Assembly: GCA_934486755.1 (NCBI GenBank)
Contig: CAKSQT010000001.1
Span: forward strand, 2,226 to 66,225
DNA: 64,000 nucleotides
Origin: an uncultured Eubacteriales bacterium
GTDB taxonomy: Bacteria > Bacillota > Clostridia > Oscillospirales > Acutalibacteraceae
Direction of reading: 5' to 3'
Part shown: positions 47,895-58,679 of the stretch, piece by piece
How the letters are laid out: each line of letters starts with the position of its first letter
How positions within the stretch are numbered: the first letter of the stretch is position 1
The notes under the pieces: generated by a model
Database searches by the model: none
What the model was told of the DNA's origin: nothing
Seen by the model: only the letters and a program-made list of their open reading frames with translations
Translations under genes and position numbers: made by a program

Positions 47895-48527
47895 TTATTC
47901 CAAATCCTCACCGTATAATAATTCTTCGCTGTATTTTTTTAGTGCGTCCCTTACTTTTCCGTAGGAAAAGCCTTTTCGTATGAGAGCGGCGTATACCTTT
48001 TGAACGCCGTTTTCACTCGCTATTTTAGTGCGGTATTTTTTCGCTATCAGCGCGGCTATCTGTTCGCTCTCGTCTGCGTCTTCATTGTCAAGCGCCTCGG
48101 AAGCGATTTCCTTAGGCACGCCTTTGAGCATCATTTTATAAGCCGCCTCGCGCCTTGAAACGTTACATTCGGCACAGCGCGCCGCAAAGTTTTCCGCAAA
48201 CCTGCGGTCGTCTACAACGCCAAGCTCCGTCAGTCTTGCTATTACCGCCGCCGATGCTTTGCGTTCAAAACCTGCTTTTGTGAGTTTATCGTACAGCGCC
48301 TTGGCGGTATGGTCGTTTCGGTCAAGATACCACAGCGCGCGTGATTTTGCACGCTCATAATCCGACTCGTATTCAAGATTTTCAATATCCTCGGCGCTAA
48401 GCTCCGAACCTACGCCGAGCGCGTTGTTTAAAAACACGTCGGTATCAATCTTGATTTCCGAGCCGTTGTCAAAGGCAATAAGCATTAAATGCTTTTTTTC
48501 TTTGCTTACAGAAACTACCGTCATCAA
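47895..48527 (-). CDS. recX: recombination regulator RecX
   Basis: 210 aa helical-repeat protein immediately downstream of recA with a 4-nt overlap. '[24 protein letters not shown]' is RecX-like. Confidence 0.75.
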   Translation of the reverse strand: MMTVVSVSKEKKHLMLIAFDNGSEIKIDTDVFLNNALGVGSELSAEDIENLEYESDYERAKSRALWYLDRNDHTAKALYDKLTKAGFERKASAAVIARLTELGVVDDRRFAENFAARCAECNVSRREAAYKMMLKGVPKEIASEALDNEDADESEQIAALIAKKYRTKIASENGVQKVYAALIRKGFSYGKVRDALKKYSEELLYGEDLE

Positions 48528-49678
48528 TCGTCTACCGCTATATCTATATCAATTTTTTTATGCGGTCTTTTTATTTCCTCGGCGGGAGTAGGTTCTACCG
48601 AAGACGTTTCCTCCGCCTTTTCCGCTTTCTTATTCTTAGCGTCGTCTACCGCTTTATATATCTTTTCTTCTATTTCCTTTGCAAGCTCGGGATTGTCAAT
48701 AAGCAGCTGCTTAACATTGTCCCTGCCCTGACCGAGGCGTGTATCGCCGTAGTAGAACCACGCTCCCGAACGGCTGAGTATTCCCGTCATAACGCCGACG
48801 TCAACAATTTCGCCCTCGTGCGAAATGCCCTTGCCGTACATAATGTCAAATTCCGCCTCTTTAAACGGGGGAGCAACCTTGTTTTTAACGACCTTTGCGC
48901 GTGTGTGCGAGCCGATAACCTCGGTGCCGTTCTTAATAGCCTCCGACCTGCGGACATCTATGCGCACGCTTGAATAGAACTTCAAGGCTCTGCCGCCCGT
49001 GGTGGTCTCGCTGCTTCCGTATATAACGCCTATTTTATCGCGTAACTGGTTAATAAATATTGCGGCGCAGCCTGTTTTTGATAGGGCCGCCGTAAGCTTT
49101 CTCAAAGCCTGCGACATAAGCCTTGCAAGCTGACCCACGTGCGAATCGCCCATATCGCCCTCAATTTCCGCCTTTGTTACAAGCGCGGCGACCGAGTCGA
49201 TTACTATAATATCAACCGCACCTGAACGCACAAGCGCCTCGGCTATTTCAAGCGCCTGTTCGCCAGAATCGGGCTGGGAGACCAAAAGGCTGTCAATATC
49301 AACGCCGAGGTTTGCGGCGTATACGGGGTCGAGCGCATGCTCAACGTCTATAAAAGCGGCGGTTCCGCCCGCTTTTTGAGCCTCCGCAACGCAGTGCAGG
49401 GCAACCGTTGTTTTACCCGAGGATTCGGGGCCGTATATTTCCACAATTCTGCCCCTCGGAATACCGCCTATGCCGAGAGCTAAGTCCAGCGTAAGCGAGC
49501 CTGTATGAATATGCTCGACCGACATTGAAGCGTTTTCGCCGAGACGCATTACCGCGCCCTTTCCGTAGAGCTTTTCAATCTGCGCCATTGCGGTTTGGAG
49601 GGCTTTTTCCTTTCCTTCCTCCGTTGTTTCCTTGACCGCGGGTTTTACTGTTGTTTTATTTGCTGCCATATAGGGCAC
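48524..49678 (-). CDS. recA: recombinase RecA
   Basis: '[16 protein letters not shown]' Walker A, '[12 protein letters not shown]', L2 loop '[19 protein letters not shown]'. Confidence 0.95.
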   Translation of the reverse strand: MPYMAANKTTVKPAVKETTEEGKEKALQTAMAQIEKLYGKGAVMRLGENASMSVEHIHTGSLTLDLALGIGGIPRGRIVEIYGPESSGKTTVALHCVAEAQKAGGTAAFIDVEHALDPVYAANLGVDIDSLLVSQPDSGEQALEIAEALVRSGAVDIIVIDSVAALVTKAEIEGDMGDSHVGQLARLMSQALRKLTAALSKTGCAAIFINQLRDKIGVIYGSSETTTGGRALKFYSSVRIDVRRSEAIKNGTEVIGSHTRAKVVKNKVAPPFKEAEFDIMYGKGISHEGEIVDVGVMTGILSRSGAWFYYGDTRLGQGRDNVKQLLIDNPELAKEIEEKIYKAVDDAKNKKAEKAEETSSVEPTPAEEIKRPHKKIDIDIAVDD

Positions 49679-49699
49679 CTCCGTTTTCTTTGATATTTC

Positions 49700-50551
49700 T
49701 TATTTTATATTATTCGCTGTCCCAAAAACTACCCTCTTGATACCGTTCAGGTCACAGACCGTTCCGATATTTTCAAATCCGTTTTCGGACATTATCTTTT
49801 CGACCGAATTGCTTTCGCCCATTCCCACCTCAAAGGCGAGCATTCCGCCGTCTTTAAGGCTTTTTTTATAATCGGCGGTTATCGCTCGGTAGAACATCAT
49901 GCCGTCCTCCCCGCCGAAAAGCGCGTTTTCAGGCTCAAAATGGGTTTCAGGCGAAATTGTTTCCATCTCGTCGGACGGTATATACGGCGGATTGCTAACT
50001 ATTATATCATACCTGCCGTCAGCGGCATCGCCGTTAAAAATATCGCCCTTGACCGCCGTAACGTTTTCAGCCTTGTTGAGCGTTATGTTCTTTTCAAGGT
50101 AGCGCATCGCTTCGTCGTATTTTTCGAGCAATACAACGTCGGCGTCGGGCAGCTGCTTGGCAATGGCTATACCCACACAGCCGCTTCCCGAACATAGATC
50201 AAGCGCCTTTGCGTTTTCTCTTTCTTTAAGAAATTCTACCGCTTTTTCAACAAGCGTTTCGGTATCCGCCCTCGGCACAAGAACGCCAGGTCCGACCTTA
50301 AAGGTGCAACCGTAAAAATCCCACTCGCCGAATATATACTGCAAGGGATACCTTACGATACGCTGTTTTATAAGCGCGGTCAGATTGTTCTGCTGATACT
50401 GCGTAAGGTGTGACGCGTAGTGCATAAGCACCTCTTGATTGCTGTATCCCGTAATATGCTTGATTATCTGCTTCGCTTCAAAAACATAATCGTCTATTCC
50501 TGCCGCAAAAAGTTCTTTTTTTGTATTGTTATACGCTTCAAATACCGTCAT
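49700..50551 (-). CDS. prmC: release factor glutamine methyltransferase PrmC (HemK)
   Basis: 'LDLCSGSGCVGIAIA' SAM motif and 'IVSNPPYIPS' NPPY motif. Confidence 0.8.
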   Translation of the reverse strand: MTVFEAYNNTKKELFAAGIDDYVFEAKQIIKHITGYSNQEVLMHYASHLTQYQQNNLTALIKQRIVRYPLQYIFGEWDFYGCTFKVGPGVLVPRADTETLVEKAVEFLKERENAKALDLCSGSGCVGIAIAKQLPDADVVLLEKYDEAMRYLEKNITLNKAENVTAVKGDIFNGDAADGRYDIIVSNPPYIPSDEMETISPETHFEPENALFGGEDGMMFYRAITADYKKSLKDGGMLAFEVGMGESNSVEKIMSENGFENIGTVCDLNGIKRVVFGTANNIK

Positions 50552-51536
50552 TTTCAGAGTCTTCCGTTTTATCTTCTTCTATTTTATCAACACTGCGGTC
50601 AACATCGGGATTTTCGGGTTCGCAGGCGCGCAGGGCGGCTATTGCGACCTCTATCATACCGTCGTCAGGCTCGCGCGTTGTTATTCTTTGCATCCAAAGA
50701 CCGGGGGCGGATATTATCCGAGTCAGTACATTGTCGTATCTGCCGCAAATTCGCAAAATTTCAAATCCAAAGCCGCAAACCACGGGTATAAGCAGTATCT
50801 TAACGACGACCCACAGCCAATATATGTTGTAAACGCCGGGAAATATCATCTGCACAACGGTTGAAAACACAATGCTTATCACTATCATCAATATCATAAA
50901 CGACGTGCCGCACCTGGGGTGAAATCTTTTTTGCTTTCTTACGTTCTCAACGGTGAGCGGAAGACCCTTTTCATAGCAGAATATCGTCTTATGCTCGGCG
51001 CCGTGATACATAAACACGCGGCGTATATCCTTCATAAACGAAACAAGCCAGATGTAAGCTATGAACACGCACAGCTTTAAAAGCTGTTCTATGCTTGAAC
51101 GCATAACCGCGGAAAACTGCGAGCCTGTCAGTTTTTGAAGACCTGCTACAAACAATCTCGGCAGCAGCATAAAGAGTATTACCGCCAGCGCCACGCCCAA
51201 GACCGTGCCAAGCACCATAACGGCGCTTATAAGGGCGTTTTTCTTCTTTTCGCTTAATTTTTTCTCGTTTTCTTCCTCAATATCGGTGTATCCCGATTTG
51301 TCAGCCGAAATCATCATTGCCTTATAGCCTTGAATCATCGACTCGGCAAAGCCGACAACACCTCTTAAAATCGGAAGGCTAAGCAGCTTGTGCCGTTCTC
51401 TCAATCCCTTGCCTGAAAGGTATGTAATGTCAATATCCTTGTCAGGCGTGCGCACGGCTATTGCCGTCTTTTCGGGACTTTTCATCAAAATTCCCTCTAT
51501 CAGCGCCTGACCGCCGATTGCAGTATATTTTGCCAT
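50538..51536 (-). CDS. DUF1385 (YqhQ-like) membrane protein
   Basis: 'MAKYTAIGGQALIEGILMKSPEKTAIAVR' is the conserved DUF1385 N-terminus. TMs in the middle and C-terminal regions. Confidence 0.7.
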   Translation of the reverse strand: MAKYTAIGGQALIEGILMKSPEKTAIAVRTPDKDIDITYLSGKGLRERHKLLSLPILRGVVGFAESMIQGYKAMMISADKSGYTDIEEENEKKLSEKKKNALISAVMVLGTVLGVALAVILFMLLPRLFVAGLQKLTGSQFSAVMRSSIEQLLKLCVFIAYIWLVSFMKDIRRVFMYHGAEHKTIFCYEKGLPLTVENVRKQKRFHPRCGTSFMILMIVISIVFSTVVQMIFPGVYNIYWLWVVVKILLIPVVCGFGFEILRICGRYDNVLTRIISAPGLWMQRITTREPDDGMIEVAIAALRACEPENPDVDRSVDKIEEDKTEDSENDGI

Positions 51537-51547
51537 TGGTATCTCCT

Positions 51548-53002
51548 TTATTCTTCGGCCGACGGGGGAATTATATCCTCTGCGGGTGGCTCTTTGGGCG
51601 GTTCGTATAACGGCAGAACTATCGTTACCGTTGTTCCGACGCCCTCGGTGCTTTCAATAAACAAAAGACCGTTGTGCTGTTTTATTATTTCGTCCGCAAC
51701 CGCAAGTCCTATTCCCGAACCCCTGACTGTCTTGTTGGCTTTATAAAACTTTTCCTTTACGCGGTCTATATCCTGCGCAGGTATTCCGAGACCCGTATCC
51801 TTGACCGCAATACGCACACAGCCGTCCTCCAATATCTGTTCCACGAGGACCTGACCGCCCTTTTCGGTGTATTTAACGGCATTGTCGATTATATTTATGA
51901 AAACCTGTTTCAGCCTGTTCGGGTCGCCCGACACCGTAACTTCCTCCGACGGGCGGGTAAATATCATATCAATTCCCTGCTGACGCGCAAGCTCGGTATA
52001 CATATCCGCCGCCTCCGCCAACAGTTTTGAAACATTCAGCGGTTGGGAAACAACCGAAAGTCTGCCCGTTTCCATACGCGAGAAGTCAAGCAGCTCCTCA
52101 ACAAGCCCCGAAAGACGGTCAGCCTCGCTAAGAACAACGTCAAGTCCGCGGTTTACAAGCGCTTCGTCCGTTCCGACGGACATTTTAGCTGTTTCACCCC
52201 AACCTCTTATTGCGGTCAGCGGGGTTCTCAACTCGTGGGAAACGGAAGATATAAAATCGTTTTTAACGTTTTCCGCTTGACTCAACTCCGCCGCCATATA
52301 GTTTATGGTATCGCAAAGCTCGCCTATTTCGTCGTTGCGCTCTATGTCTATCCTCGTTTCAAAATCGCCCATTGCGATTTTCCGCGCCACATTGCTGACG
52401 TTGCGTATAGGACGGACTATTGAGCTTATAAAAAACAGCCCCGACAGTCCCGAAAACACCAAAATGCCCGCGCAAGCGAGAAGCACTATCAGAACAAACG
52501 CGGTAACCTTGCGGTTTACGGCTTTAAGGGAGATTATCCAGCGGTATGCGCCTATCACCTTACCGCGTTGATCCCTTATGACGGTAGTTTCGGCAAGTAT
52601 GCGTTCGCCCGAGGAGTTCTTGCCCTTGTAGGAGGCGGTGTCCTTATCCTTGCTGATAGCCTCGTTATAATCGGGCATTTTTTCATCGTCGGGTCTGAAA
52701 CCCGTGGTGCTTACAAGAATGTCCCCGTCCTTATCAATCACCTGAACCTCGACCTTGTTTTTGTATTGGAACGAGGACGCTATATCTATTGCCTTGTTGC
52801 TGAAATTAGATGTAGGCGAGACCGAAAGCGCGGAAAATTCGGAGGTATAGTTCTCGGCAAGCGTTTTGACGCGCTCGGTATAAAGAGAACTGTACGCCGC
52901 GGAAAAAATGATTGCGACAAGACAAACTACCACCGCAACGATAAGAAAAACGTTTAAAAACCACCGCACGGCGATACTTTTAAACTTTATTTCTATCTGC
53001 AT
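51548..53002 (-). CDS. sensor histidine kinase (two TMs flanking a periplasmic domain, HAMP, HisKA, HATPase_c)
   Basis: H-box 'SVSHELRTPLTAIRGW', N-box 'QVFINIIDNAVKYT', G-boxes 'DTGLGIP', 'GSGIGLAVA'. Confidence 0.85.
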   Translation of the reverse strand: MQIEIKFKSIAVRWFLNVFLIVAVVVCLVAIIFSAAYSSLYTERVKTLAENYTSEFSALSVSPTSNFSNKAIDIASSFQYKNKVEVQVIDKDGDILVSTTGFRPDDEKMPDYNEAISKDKDTASYKGKNSSGERILAETTVIRDQRGKVIGAYRWIISLKAVNRKVTAFVLIVLLACAGILVFSGLSGLFFISSIVRPIRNVSNVARKIAMGDFETRIDIERNDEIGELCDTINYMAAELSQAENVKNDFISSVSHELRTPLTAIRGWGETAKMSVGTDEALVNRGLDVVLSEADRLSGLVEELLDFSRMETGRLSVVSQPLNVSKLLAEAADMYTELARQQGIDMIFTRPSEEVTVSGDPNRLKQVFINIIDNAVKYTEKGGQVLVEQILEDGCVRIAVKDTGLGIPAQDIDRVKEKFYKANKTVRGSGIGLAVADEIIKQHNGLLFIESTEGVGTTVTIVLPLYEPPKEPPAEDIIPPSAEE

Positions 53003-53034
53003 TTCTTCCGCCTCCTTTCAGCCGAGATATTTTT

Positions 53035-53760
53035 CTATTTTGTATTCCACTTATAACCCATTCCCCAAACGGTAACGAGATACCTCGGTTCCGACGGGTT
53101 ATCCTCTATCTTCATACGAAGACGTCTTACATTAACGTCAACAATCTTTTCTTCGCCGAAATAGTTACTCCCCCATACCTTTTCCAAAATATCCGCCCTG
53201 TCAAGCGCGGTATCGGGGTTGTTGAAAAAGTATTCAACCATTTGGAACTCAACCTGAGTGAGTTCGATATTAAGACCCTTTTTCGTAAGAGTGCGCCTGC
53301 GTAGATTAAGCGTAAACTCGCCGAGAGTAATATCGTCGGACGAGCCTGCCGCAGGCGTTGGGGTGTGCATTTCAACACGGCGGTAAAGCGAATCCACCCT
53401 TGCAAGCAGTTCAGACGGACTGAAAGGCTTTGTTATGTAATCGTCCGCACCGAGCATAAGACCGCTTATTTTATCCATTTCCTGCGTTCTTGCCGTGAGC
53501 ATTATTATGCCGAGCGTAGCGCTGCGTTTTCTCAATTCCTTGCAGAGCGTAAACCCGTCCATTCCAGGCATTGAAATATCAAGCAGGGCTATATCGAAAC
53601 CGCCCGCGCCGCCGTCGTATATTTCGAGAGCCTCCTCGCCTGAGCCTGCTTCAACGACCTCGTAACCCGCGCGGCGCAGATTTATTGCCTCAAACTCTCT
53701 TATTGCCGCCTCGTCTTCAACTATCATCAGTCTTTTCATAGCTGCCTCCACATCTGACAA
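53035..53760 (-). CDS. OmpR-family response regulator
   Basis: 'RLMIVEDEAAIRE..DIALLDISMPGMDG' is the REC domain. The C-terminal winged-helix is 'RRLRMKIEDNPSEPRYLVTVWGMGYKW'. Confidence 0.85.
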   Translation of the reverse strand: MSDVEAAMKRLMIVEDEAAIREFEAINLRRAGYEVVEAGSGEEALEIYDGGAGGFDIALLDISMPGMDGFTLCKELRKRSATLGIIMLTARTQEMDKISGLMLGADDYITKPFSPSELLARVDSLYRRVEMHTPTPAAGSSDDITLGEFTLNLRRRTLTKKGLNIELTQVEFQMVEYFFNNPDTALDRADILEKVWGSNYFGEEKIVDVNVRRLRMKIEDNPSEPRYLVTVWGMGYKWNTK

Positions 53761-53761
53761 A

Positions 53762-55066
53762 TCACTCGTATATTCTGAAATTCTGCTTTATTTCTTCAAC
53801 CTTAATGGCTTCGGGATCCGCCACAAAGCAGGCATAGACCATACCGTTTATGTGCGTTATTTCGGTTAAGCCGAATTTTTTATATTCGCCGTTCTCCCAA
53901 TCCTTTAAATCGAAGGTCTGGATATATGCCATTTGCTCCCCAACCGTCTGTGTTTCGGGGTCATAGCTGTAAATCCCTCTCAAACGGTTGTCAATATCCT
54001 TTGAAAACGCCAATTTCCCGACCCACTTTGTCGGTATTATCATATAGTACCCGTCGTTGTAATTAAGCACGGTGCTTTGCTGTTTTGTAAGCGTTTCGCC
54101 GTTAAATGAGCACCAATTTGTGTAGTAAAGACTGTCGGTAGTGCCGCCGGCCGCAGGCAGAAACTCCTGAATCGGTATTTCGATAATATTGTCGCCGTTT
54201 ATATCACGGCAAGATATTGAAGACGCCCTTAAAGTAACAAGATTTTCCCTTGTTTCGGGATTCAAAAGAGGATTTACAAGAACGCCCTTTTCCATAAAGA
54301 CGACCTCGGTGATAGCGCCCGCACCCTTGACCTCGTCAATATACACCGCTCGTCTTCCGTTAGACAGCGTGGAAAGTATCGGCTCGTTCACGGACTTTAC
54401 CGTGCCGTCAAGCTGACAGCCCGCAACCTCGTTTACTCCGTCGCCGTTCAGCTTATAAAGCCCTGCGTAGTTGGTTGATTCAGACGAATTATAGTTTATT
54501 AAAAGTATTTCTTCCTTTGAGTCCTCATCTAAATCACAGCACAGGAAGTATGTATACCTTTGCAGCATTCGCTGTGCCAATTCGCCCTTTGAATAGGAAT
54601 ACACGGCGAGCTGCATTTCGCTTGTGCCGTATATCTCCCAACCGACGAGTATCTCCTCGACCCCGTCGCCGTCAAGGTCGCAAAAATCAACACGGTCTAC
54701 CCCGCCTGCCGTTATCTTCTGTTCGGCAGTCGATTTCCACTTGCCGTCCTCATTGGTTATCATATTTATATGCAATGTAACGGTATCGCCGCTCTGCGTG
54801 CTGTAAAAACAGAACGCTTCAAGAATACCGTCGCCGTTAATGTCGTTCCTTATAAACGCCGAACGGAAACTGCCGTTTGTGGGATATTTCAGCGTGTAAT
54901 CCCCGCTGACGCTCTTTTTAAGAGCGTTTTCAATCGGTTTAAGCGCACCGCTTAATTCAGGCGGATTTAAAAGCTCGTCCGTGTCCGCGGTAAAAATACT
55001 GCAACCGCACAAAACGACCGCCGTACACAACAGCAATGCGGCGCATTTCAGTATTCTTGAAAGCAT
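53762..55066 (-). CDS. FG-GAP/VCBS-like repeat lipoprotein, first gene of the lipoprotein-RR-HK operon
   Basis: Lipobox VVLCGC. It carries four Ca-binding-like repeats 'DINGDGILE', 'DLDGDGVEEIL', 'DLDEDSKEEILL', 'DINGDNIIEI'. Confidence 0.6.
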   Translation of the reverse strand: MLSRILKCAALLLCTAVVLCGCSIFTADTDELLNPPELSGALKPIENALKKSVSGDYTLKYPTNGSFRSAFIRNDINGDGILEAFCFYSTQSGDTVTLHINMITNEDGKWKSTAEQKITAGGVDRVDFCDLDGDGVEEILVGWEIYGTSEMQLAVYSYSKGELAQRMLQRYTYFLCCDLDEDSKEEILLINYNSSESTNYAGLYKLNGDGVNEVAGCQLDGTVKSVNEPILSTLSNGRRAVYIDEVKGAGAITEVVFMEKGVLVNPLLNPETRENLVTLRASSISCRDINGDNIIEIPIQEFLPAAGGTTDSLYYTNWCSFNGETLTKQQSTVLNYNDGYYMIIPTKWVGKLAFSKDIDNRLRGIYSYDPETQTVGEQMAYIQTFDLKDWENGEYKKFGLTEITHINGMVYACFVADPEAIKVEEIKQNFRIYE

Positions 55067-55164
55067 TTAACCCACCTCCCGACAGTCATAAATATACATC
55101 ATAAATTATATCACAACACGCATTAAAAATAAAGGCTTTTTTATGAACAAAAAGCGCAACGCTT

Positions 55165-55444
55165 AAATTAGAGTTTAGATTTTAGATGTTAGACATTAGA
55201 CGAATGTGCGCTCCGCGCGAAATATTAAAAATAAATTAGAGCTAAGCGAGATAAAATAAGATTGATACCCCTGCCTCCATCTGACGAGGGAGGTGGATTT
55301 TTGCGTAAGCAAAAAGACGGAGGGAGAGAAATTTTCGCATAAAAAGGCGGTTTTTTCTCTCCCTCAGTCAACTTCGTTGACAGCTCCCTCGTCAGAGGGA
55401 GCCAACGGCATTTTCAATTTTATTATTGCTAAACTCTAATTTAT
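55165..55444. repeat. MITE-like structured repeat element, copy 2 (perfect 15-bp TIR TAAATTAGAGTTTAG at 55165-55179 / CTAAACTCTAATTTA at 55429-55443)
   Basis: Core 55253-55444 is about 93% identical to 16742-16934 in the same orientation. The TTAGAYN heptamer array (55171-55201) and GC clamp gaatgtgcgctccgcgcg (55202-55219) lie inside the TIRs here. That clamp is identical to the inverted right clamp of copy 1. The right TIR contains the stop codon of the upstream dockerin gene. Confidence 0.6.
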
Positions 55445-58400
55445 GCTCCAATAAGCATTTTCTTTAAGGCAACAAGGTCGTCTTGGTCAAGTGCGCCGTC
55501 GCCGTTCACGTCGGCAGGGTCCTTGCCCATTATTGTATTGCCCTTTGCCAGAGATTTTTTCAGCATTATAAGGTCGCGTATGTCGATTATGCCGTCATAG
55601 TTAAGGTCGCCCGCAATTACTTCCTTTGACCTTTCCTGCGCTATCATATAAAGGCTGAAATGCTCGGTATAGAAGCAGAGCTTTCCGTCAACAAATTCCG
55701 CATTCATATCGGTAAGAGTTCCGTCCTCCTCAACACGGAATATACGGCAGTTTTTGCCGTTCATTCCCTCGGGAACGTCTATGCTTACCTTGACCGTGGC
55801 GTTAGGCTGTGCCGTTTCACCGTTTTCCTTTACCAGCTTAATGTCAAACGCGGCGGTTGAATTTATGCCTAAGTTTTTAAGCTGTTCTTTAATAACGGCA
55901 GTACCGACCTGCGCATCATTCGCCTTTGATACCGAGAGCTTAACGCCCTCCTCCGCAAGACTTTCATTACTGCCCGATACCTCTACGTTAGCAGGCGCGT
56001 TCGCCTCGCTTTCTACCGATTTACGGGTGAGCAATTCTACTTTTATGCCCTTGTTTTTTGCAAATTTGTAGATTGCGGAATCCTCATAACACTTTATAGT
56101 GATATTAGAATAATTAGAACCGAATGCGCTGTCGGAAATATAGGGTATATCGCCCGATATAACAAAAGTTGTGTTGTCGGAGAAATTGGTAAAAGCGCCG
56201 TATCCCAACGACAAAAGACTTTCAGGGAGATAAATCGTTTTAAGGTCTGAATTCCAATTTCGATTTATTCCGTTGTTTTCGATAACAGCCACTCCATCAG
56301 GCACAACTAAGGTTTCTTTGCAATATCTTATGGAACTATCGCCTATAACCTTAATACCCTTACCCGAAGGAATTACGCCATTCGGACTTATAATTAACCT
56401 ACCGCTGTTTCTTTCTATAATACAGTTTTCGGTGCTGACGAAATATTTATTGGCGGGATCCACTTCAATTGTACCGCTGCAAGGATGATTGTTAAAAGCA
56501 CGGTAGTCTATATATGTCACCGATGCGGGTATTCTTATATTTAATTTTACAAAATGATTTTTAAATGCGCCCTCTCCTATCTGTTTGATACTTAAATCAT
56601 TTGGAATTTCGTTTTTGCTGTTTGACAGGACAAATGTACCTGTTTCCTTTTGAATAATACAATTGTCAACGCTCTTATAATAGGGATTATTTTGGTCAAT
56701 TGTAAGTTTTTCCAAAAGGCTCCAAGCGGTGGTAGTATCTATATATTTTACACTTTTCGGCAGAGTTAGGGTTTTTGCACTATACGGAACAGCATTACCT
56801 AGTACTTCGGTTATCTTTTTGCCTTCAAATTCCTCGGGAATTATTATATTGTCTCCGCCTTTTACTCTACCGTAAACCGTCCAGCCTTCGCCGTTGGTGA
56901 ATAATTCAAATCCGTCCTCGGTTTCGACATATTTTAGTTCAAAGCTGATAGGTTGAGATGCCGCGGAGCCTTTGCTGTATCTGAACTCATAAGTGCCCAC
57001 ATTCATCAAGCGGCCTCCGCTGAGCTTTTGCCAATTCTCACCGCTCTGTTGTTTGTATTCAAGGGTAAGACCGTTTAATTGATCCTTTGAATCAATATAA
57101 AACAACGGATTGCTCCCACCGTTGTATGAAATCTTTAAAATCGGTGTGGGAAGCTCATCTTTATATGCGCATATTTTATATGTTTCTACTTTTTCGCCGT
57201 TAAGGAAGATGTTAATAGCCGTTCTGCCCGTTTTTCCCGTGAATTCAGCATTTATTGAGTAAGAAAATTTACCCTGATATTCTTTAACCAACGATGCCGT
57301 AACAATATCGGTATCATCGCTTTCGCAGGTTAAAACAGCGTCTTCCGCTGTCAAAGGATAGGTGTTTACATAGCCTATTGTTAACGACGTGTAATCGTTC
57401 AAATTATATAAATTCGTTAAGGGATTTTTATTAAAATCGGGAGCAGTTCTGTTTTGATCTGTAAAGGTGACATCATAGCCCTTTTTCCTTAAATTGCAAA
57501 TGGTCTTTACTACCTTTTTATTTCCGAGATCAAGTTGATTATAGTTAAGATTTATTTTGCAGCCGTCGGCAAACTTTATTTTGTCAAGCTCTGTTATATC
57601 CTCTATGTAGTTATCTATTGCATAAAAATTCTTTACCTTGCTTAAATCAAGCAACGACAGACCTTTAAGGCTGTGTACGCCAATGTCGTTAAAATTAAAC
57701 CATTCGTCTTCCCATACATCACCCTCATACATTGACCTATCATAAAAATATGTTTGTATAAAATTAAGCAGTTCTTTATCAGGCATTTGCTTTTCGGTGA
57801 TTTTTACACTCAGGTCATTTATTTCAAGGCGGCACTCTTTTTTATAGGTTCCGTCGTCTCTTTTTTCTCTGAACAAATATACTCCGTTTTCGGTTATTCC
57901 CTTTTCGGGGTCATAGACCTTCCACTCGCTGTCGGTTACTAAGCGGTATTCACAATAATCGTCGGTAGTGACAAGCCAAGCCGTTGACGGGTCATTGTAA
58001 CGCTTGGAATAAACTACCACCGTTTCATCTTCTAAAAGTTCATTGTTGACTATTCTAAAATTGCGTTCATAAATGACCATGCCGTTATGCCAAACCTTAA
58101 CCGTCGCATATCCGCAGGAAACAAGATCAAGTGCAACACTAAGTTGACCTGCACTGTCAATAACCTTTGTTTTTAATACGCTTTCGTCTGACGATGTGGC
58201 GGTTATCTCCTTTGCCCTTTCGGCAGGCTCAACATTAAAAATAATTTCAGGCGCAAAATAATCATCATCCATATTAATAACATCAAACGATGGTTGATAT
58301 CCTAAATTTATACTTATTTCATCCTGCTCTGATGAAAGCGCAGCGGGGCTGTCGGCTGTGACATTCTGCACCGCAACGTTTTCAGCCGCGGCAATGCTTT

Positions 58401-58536
58401 CACTTTCCGTACTCTGATTATAGGCGGACGTATCGGCAGCCGCCGCGTCCTTCGGTGCGACAGCGGTTGCACTGCCTGTAAACATACAGCACGCGGCAAG
58501 TGCCGCCGTCATAATAATTGAAAAAAATCTCCTCAT
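55441..58536 (-). CDS. secreted dockerin-bearing protein with BspA-type leucine-rich repeats and Ig-like domains (non-catalytic cellulosomal cargo/adhesin)
   Basis: 1031 aa with a signal peptide (MRRFFSIIMTAALAACCMFTGSATA). BspA-like LRR units occur ('LTLPKSVKYIDTTTAWSLLEKLTIDQNNPYYKSVDNCIIQK', 'IPASVTYIDYRAFNN', 'IYLPESLLSLGYGAFTN'). The C-terminal dockerin is 'GDLNYDGIIDIRDLIMLKKSL...ADVNGDGALDQDDLVALKKMLIGA'. The gene looks AT-richer than its neighbours by eye. Confidence 0.75.
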   Translation of the reverse strand: MRRFFSIIMTAALAACCMFTGSATAVAPKDAAAADTSAYNQSTESESIAAAENVAVQNVTADSPAALSSEQDEISINLGYQPSFDVINMDDDYFAPEIIFNVEPAERAKEITATSSDESVLKTKVIDSAGQLSVALDLVSCGYATVKVWHNGMVIYERNFRIVNNELLEDETVVVYSKRYNDPSTAWLVTTDDYCEYRLVTDSEWKVYDPEKGITENGVYLFREKRDDGTYKKECRLEINDLSVKITEKQMPDKELLNFIQTYFYDRSMYEGDVWEDEWFNFNDIGVHSLKGLSLLDLSKVKNFYAIDNYIEDITELDKIKFADGCKINLNYNQLDLGNKKVVKTICNLRKKGYDVTFTDQNRTAPDFNKNPLTNLYNLNDYTSLTIGYVNTYPLTAEDAVLTCESDDTDIVTASLVKEYQGKFSYSINAEFTGKTGRTAINIFLNGEKVETYKICAYKDELPTPILKISYNGGSNPLFYIDSKDQLNGLTLEYKQQSGENWQKLSGGRLMNVGTYEFRYSKGSAASQPISFELKYVETEDGFELFTNGEGWTVYGRVKGGDNIIIPEEFEGKKITEVLGNAVPYSAKTLTLPKSVKYIDTTTAWSLLEKLTIDQNNPYYKSVDNCIIQKETGTFVLSNSKNEIPNDLSIKQIGEGAFKNHFVKLNIRIPASVTYIDYRAFNNHPCSGTIEVDPANKYFVSTENCIIERNSGRLIISPNGVIPSGKGIKVIGDSSIRYCKETLVVPDGVAVIENNGINRNWNSDLKTIYLPESLLSLGYGAFTNFSDNTTFVISGDIPYISDSAFGSNYSNITIKCYEDSAIYKFAKNKGIKVELLTRKSVESEANAPANVEVSGSNESLAEEGVKLSVSKANDAQVGTAVIKEQLKNLGINSTAAFDIKLVKENGETAQPNATVKVSIDVPEGMNGKNCRIFRVEEDGTLTDMNAEFVDGKLCFYTEHFSLYMIAQERSKEVIAGDLNYDGIIDIRDLIMLKKSLAKGNTIMGKDPADVNGDGALDQDDLVALKKMLIGA

Positions 58537-58627
58537 TTTTGCATATCACCTTTTTTTCAAAAATATTAATATTTCAAAAAGATATATTTAATTATACTAC
58601 AACTTATATATTAAGTAAAGTTTTTTC

Positions 58628-58659
58628 CAAAAAAATCCGCCGAGAAAAATCTCAGCGGA
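58628..58659 (-). terminator. rho-independent terminator of the rplK-rplA operon
   Basis: Minus-strand RNA: UCCGCUGAGA-UUUUUC-UCGGCGGA followed by UUUUUUUGG, 20-50 nt downstream of the rplA stop. Confidence 0.7.
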
Positions 58660-58679
58660 CGAAAAATCATATTTTTTAA

